Shown one piece after another: positions 60,711 to 64,000 of a stretch of 64,000 bases of DNA (its first letter is position 1; each line of letters starts with the position of its first letter). The DNA lies in NCBI GenBank assembly GCA_951804945.1, contig OX638149.1:101618001-101682000 (forward strand), given 5' to 3'. The notes below the pieces were generated by a model that ran no database searches, had not been told where the DNA came from, and saw only the letters and a program-made list of their open reading frames with translations. This stretch comes from Podarcis cretensis. Its lineage: Eukaryota. The position numbers were made by a program, and so were the translations under genes.

Positions 60711-62914
60711 CTGAAAGACACCCTCCAACACTATTATTCTGTGGGGGGGGGGAATTATATGCATGCAATCAATTGGTTTCTTTAGGCTACTGTCAATAGA
60801 AAGAGTTAACTACCAGATAATGGTAATTCATGTCACCAATGGGTTATTTGTTAATTAACTTCATTTTTTAGAATAGCCTCTTTTTGATTGTTAATCATAA
60901 TATGCTAGCATCTAAGGCTAAATGTACAGAGATGCCTTCAATGAAAATATCTTCCATAATGCATCTGGACACTAATTAGATTCCTTGTTTTTCAAAATCT
61001 AAGTATGAAATTTAATATTGAATGGATAACTTATGAGTCCATTATTTCTGTATAGAACAAACTCATGAGGGAGGGGAGCATTATAGAGAAAGATTGTGCC
61101 CAAGTCTTCAAATGAGACTTCATATATTTGTTTCAACATCTTACATGGGCCTATAAAGGGTAGGAGTGTCTAGTGCCATGATGCTGATTTCCTCTAAGTA
61201 TGTTCATTCTGCCTAGATGAAACATACTGAAAAGGCTATGGCATGGCACTCCATTCTTTAAGCATTAGAATACTTAGCAAAAACGAAAACAGGATAATAT
61301 TTCATCTGTACATCGGTATTATGTATGAGAATGAGAAAAACAGAACAGAGAGCAAGAGACTGAACCTCGGGTGTCTCAGCAAGCAGAAATAGCTATCAAA
61401 TAGGTACAATCTGTGAACAGCTAAGTTGCGTTTCTAGCTCCTGAGAGTTTTTGCAGCCAATAATAGACCGCTTCCTTCTTCTTTCTATAATTGCATGGAT
61501 ATCGGGCACAGTGGGTGGGAGAGATAACATCTTCAGCAGCTAATTAGCCAGAGACCTTTGCAGTTTCCAGCCATAGATGGAAGACTTTGGGGCAGCCCTG
61601 CACATATGTTCTTGACATTGTAGCCTTTATAGTTCCATAAAGACATTTATATATTTAAAGTTTATGTTATGCTAAGTCTATTGTGGTTTTTGTTGCAAAA
61701 GACTAACACCCAGAGATCAGAATCTCTATATCCCTCATGCTGCCATATTCATCATGTGTTGTTTTTTAGAATGACCATGACATCTGATTAACGTGTTGAT
61801 AAAATTCTTCAGGCTGTGTTAATGTCTCTGTGATACTTAACCACATGTGTACACGTGTACACACAAGTTTTCTGACCATGTGAGGGTGAGAAATTGTCGC
61901 CATGGTGGAATAATAATTTAATATAACTTTATGGTGATGGTAGAACTTTAGTAAATCTTTTACTGAAAAGCAAAACCTCAAAGGTTTTCAATTCGATGAG
62001 ATATCTAATAATCCTTTTGCCAGCTGCTAAAGAATTTACTTAGACTCATGTAGTTAATATTGCTTTTAATAAACTTTTGCTAAAAGAAATAGATTTTTTA
62101 TTTAAATCACAATTTGGAAATTTTATTCTATTCAATATGATGAAATCAGTCTAATCACAGGCCTAAGTAGCGCTGAACAACACTAAAGTGCTTCTTCTTC
62201 TTCTTAGTAACACCTGCATTATTTTGTTTCTTTTAGATAAATGCTTTGTCCAAGATTATCTGTGAAACTAATTAAGGAAGAAAACAGCCATCTGTTGTCA
62301 TTTTAAAATTGCATGGCCACTTTGTATTGATGTGGAGCATTCTCCTTTGCTGATAGCAATGGTTCTGTTTGTGAGCATGGCCACTTAAGCCTTTATTTAA
62401 CAATGGAGCAAGCCCTTGAGAAACAACAGCTCCCAGCATCAAAGAAGAATACTTTCTAAAAAGCCACACAGAAGGATATAGAAGTATTAATTTCAATTAT
62501 AGATTTAGTGTATGAAAAGGCATTTTAAATTCAACTTGTGCAATTTTCATTCTATTATGTTAAGTATAGAGCTAGCAATATACAGTACACAATATAAATG
62601 GCATGAGTCCCAGTAAAATCCTTACATTCAATGGTTCAAGTCTTAAGAGTTCTAAGACCTGATCCCTTAAATATAAGCATTTTACTGGTAATCAAGTCCA
62701 TTCATACGGTGTACATTATTAGTCATCCAATCACTTATATCGCTGTACTTGCAGATTCAACTGGTTTCTTGCCATGCCATGAAGTGTCATTTAAATGATA
62801 CACTAGCAGCTTGGAAACCACTTTTGTGCGTGTTTGTCTCATGTAATAGCATTGAAAGCCCTGCGCTGTATGGGTTTCTCCAAAGAAATAGTTACTCTCC
62901 CTCCTGGTGGAGTG

Positions 62915-63305
62915 GGAATCATAGCACTGTTGAGTTGGAAGAGACCCTGAGGACCATCTAGTCCTACCTCCTGCATTGCAGGAATCTCAAATAGATCATA
63001 CATGATAGATGGCCATAAAACGTCAGCTTAAAACCTCCAAAGAAGGAGAATCTACCACCTCCAGTAGGAATCTGTTCCAACTCTTACTGTCAGAAAGTTC
63101 TTCCTGGTGTTTATTTGGAATCTCCTTTCTTGTAACTTGAATCCACTGGGTTGGTGTTCTAGCCTCTGGAGCAGGAGAAAACAGCCTTGTTCCATCTTCC
63201 ATATGACAGCCCTTGAAATATTGGAAGATGGCTATCATGTCTCCTCTTATCCAGGTCTGACATACCCAGAACTGGACACAGTATTCCAGGTGTGGTCTGA
63301 CCACA
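62915..63305 (-). mobile_element. CR1 LINE 3' fragment with internal deletion
   Basis: Translation contains VRPHLEYCVQFW and GDMIAIFQYFKGCH, followed by the CR1 3' UTR tail. Confidence 0.88.
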
Positions 63306-63483
63306 CAGTTAGCTCTACCTGTTTGATTGCAAACCTTTAAATCTGGGGTGAGAAAGCTCAGGCCCAGGGACCACATCCAGCCCTCCAGGCATCTCAATCT
63401 GCCCAGACCACATTTGTCATAGACCCTGTTCTGCACCCTCCTCCAGTGCATTTGCCTGGTTGGAATGTCTTCTTGAAGTGTGA

Positions 63484-63485
<2 letters not shown>

Positions 63486-63517
<32 letters not shown>
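63486..63517. repeat. (GT)n microsatellite
   Basis: Direct observation. Confidence 0.9.
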
Positions 63518-63521
<4 letters not shown>

Positions 63522-64000
63522 GTCTGAGTTCCTCATGGCTGGAAAATAGCCTGCCACAAAGGCAACAGTCACACCCATTGCTCTGTTGACTTTTGCCTCT
63601 GGCTTCACCCCCTACTGATATATGGTCCCTGGAAGGTTGTTCACAAGGTTGGCCATTGTGAAAACATAATGGTATACTAGATAGAACTTTGGTCTGATCC
63701 ATCAAGGCTCTTTTGTTCTTCGGGGCATGTCTGTGGAGCTACACATGGAAGGATCAAAGGAAACAGTCCAACAAAGTGGGGAGGAATCAATCTGTTTTTT
63801 GCCATGGATGAAGTAGGAAGAAAATCCTGTTTTTCTAGGTAAAGCAAACAAATAAACAGATGAACTTGACTTTGCCCCAGCCAGGTAACAGGTGACATCA
63901 TATTTGGGTCCATGTTAGTATCTACAGAGCCCTATCATCAGTATATAGTTAGTAACCAATCCTGTCATATCAGTGCCTTTTTGTTGAAGGCAGAAATGTA

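Noticed and set aside
1-64000. Roughly 150 short ORFs in the supplied track
   Set aside because: Many use non-ATG starts, show no recognisable domains, and often run through microsatellites or TEs. Only the L1 ORFs, the CR1 fragment and possibly 12477-12782 carry signal.

Overview
Vertebrate genomic DNA, almost certainly a squamate and probably a lacertid lizard (Sauria SINEs, a tRNA-Lys/CR1-tail SINE and a Squam3-like SINE are present). The window lies inside the giant gene LRP1B on the minus strand. Only one coding exon is present: 138 bp at 16814-16951, encoding the second LDL-receptor class A repeat (probably exon 3) and absent from the ORF track. Everything else is intron, filled with transposable elements: SINEs, CR1/L2/Penelope fragments, solo LTRs, hAT/Mariner/Harbinger-like MITEs and microsatellites. 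The most notable structure is an adjacent pair of full-length, TSD-flanked, RT-less L1 derivatives that share a 5' promoter/UTR and 3' end. One is 3.1 kb (ORF1 plus an in-frame fusion of the endonuclease N-terminus to the ORF2 C-terminus). The other is 1.7 kb with only a decayed acidic ORF. Also noted: a hAT element apparently carrying a captured GC3-rich coding fragment, a MITE family carrying CTCF-like motifs, a Penelope end with a decayed hammerhead ribozyme core, and a DIRS-like fold-back element. Family assignments come from recalled sequence hallmarks, not database searches. Almost all ORF-track entries are spurious.
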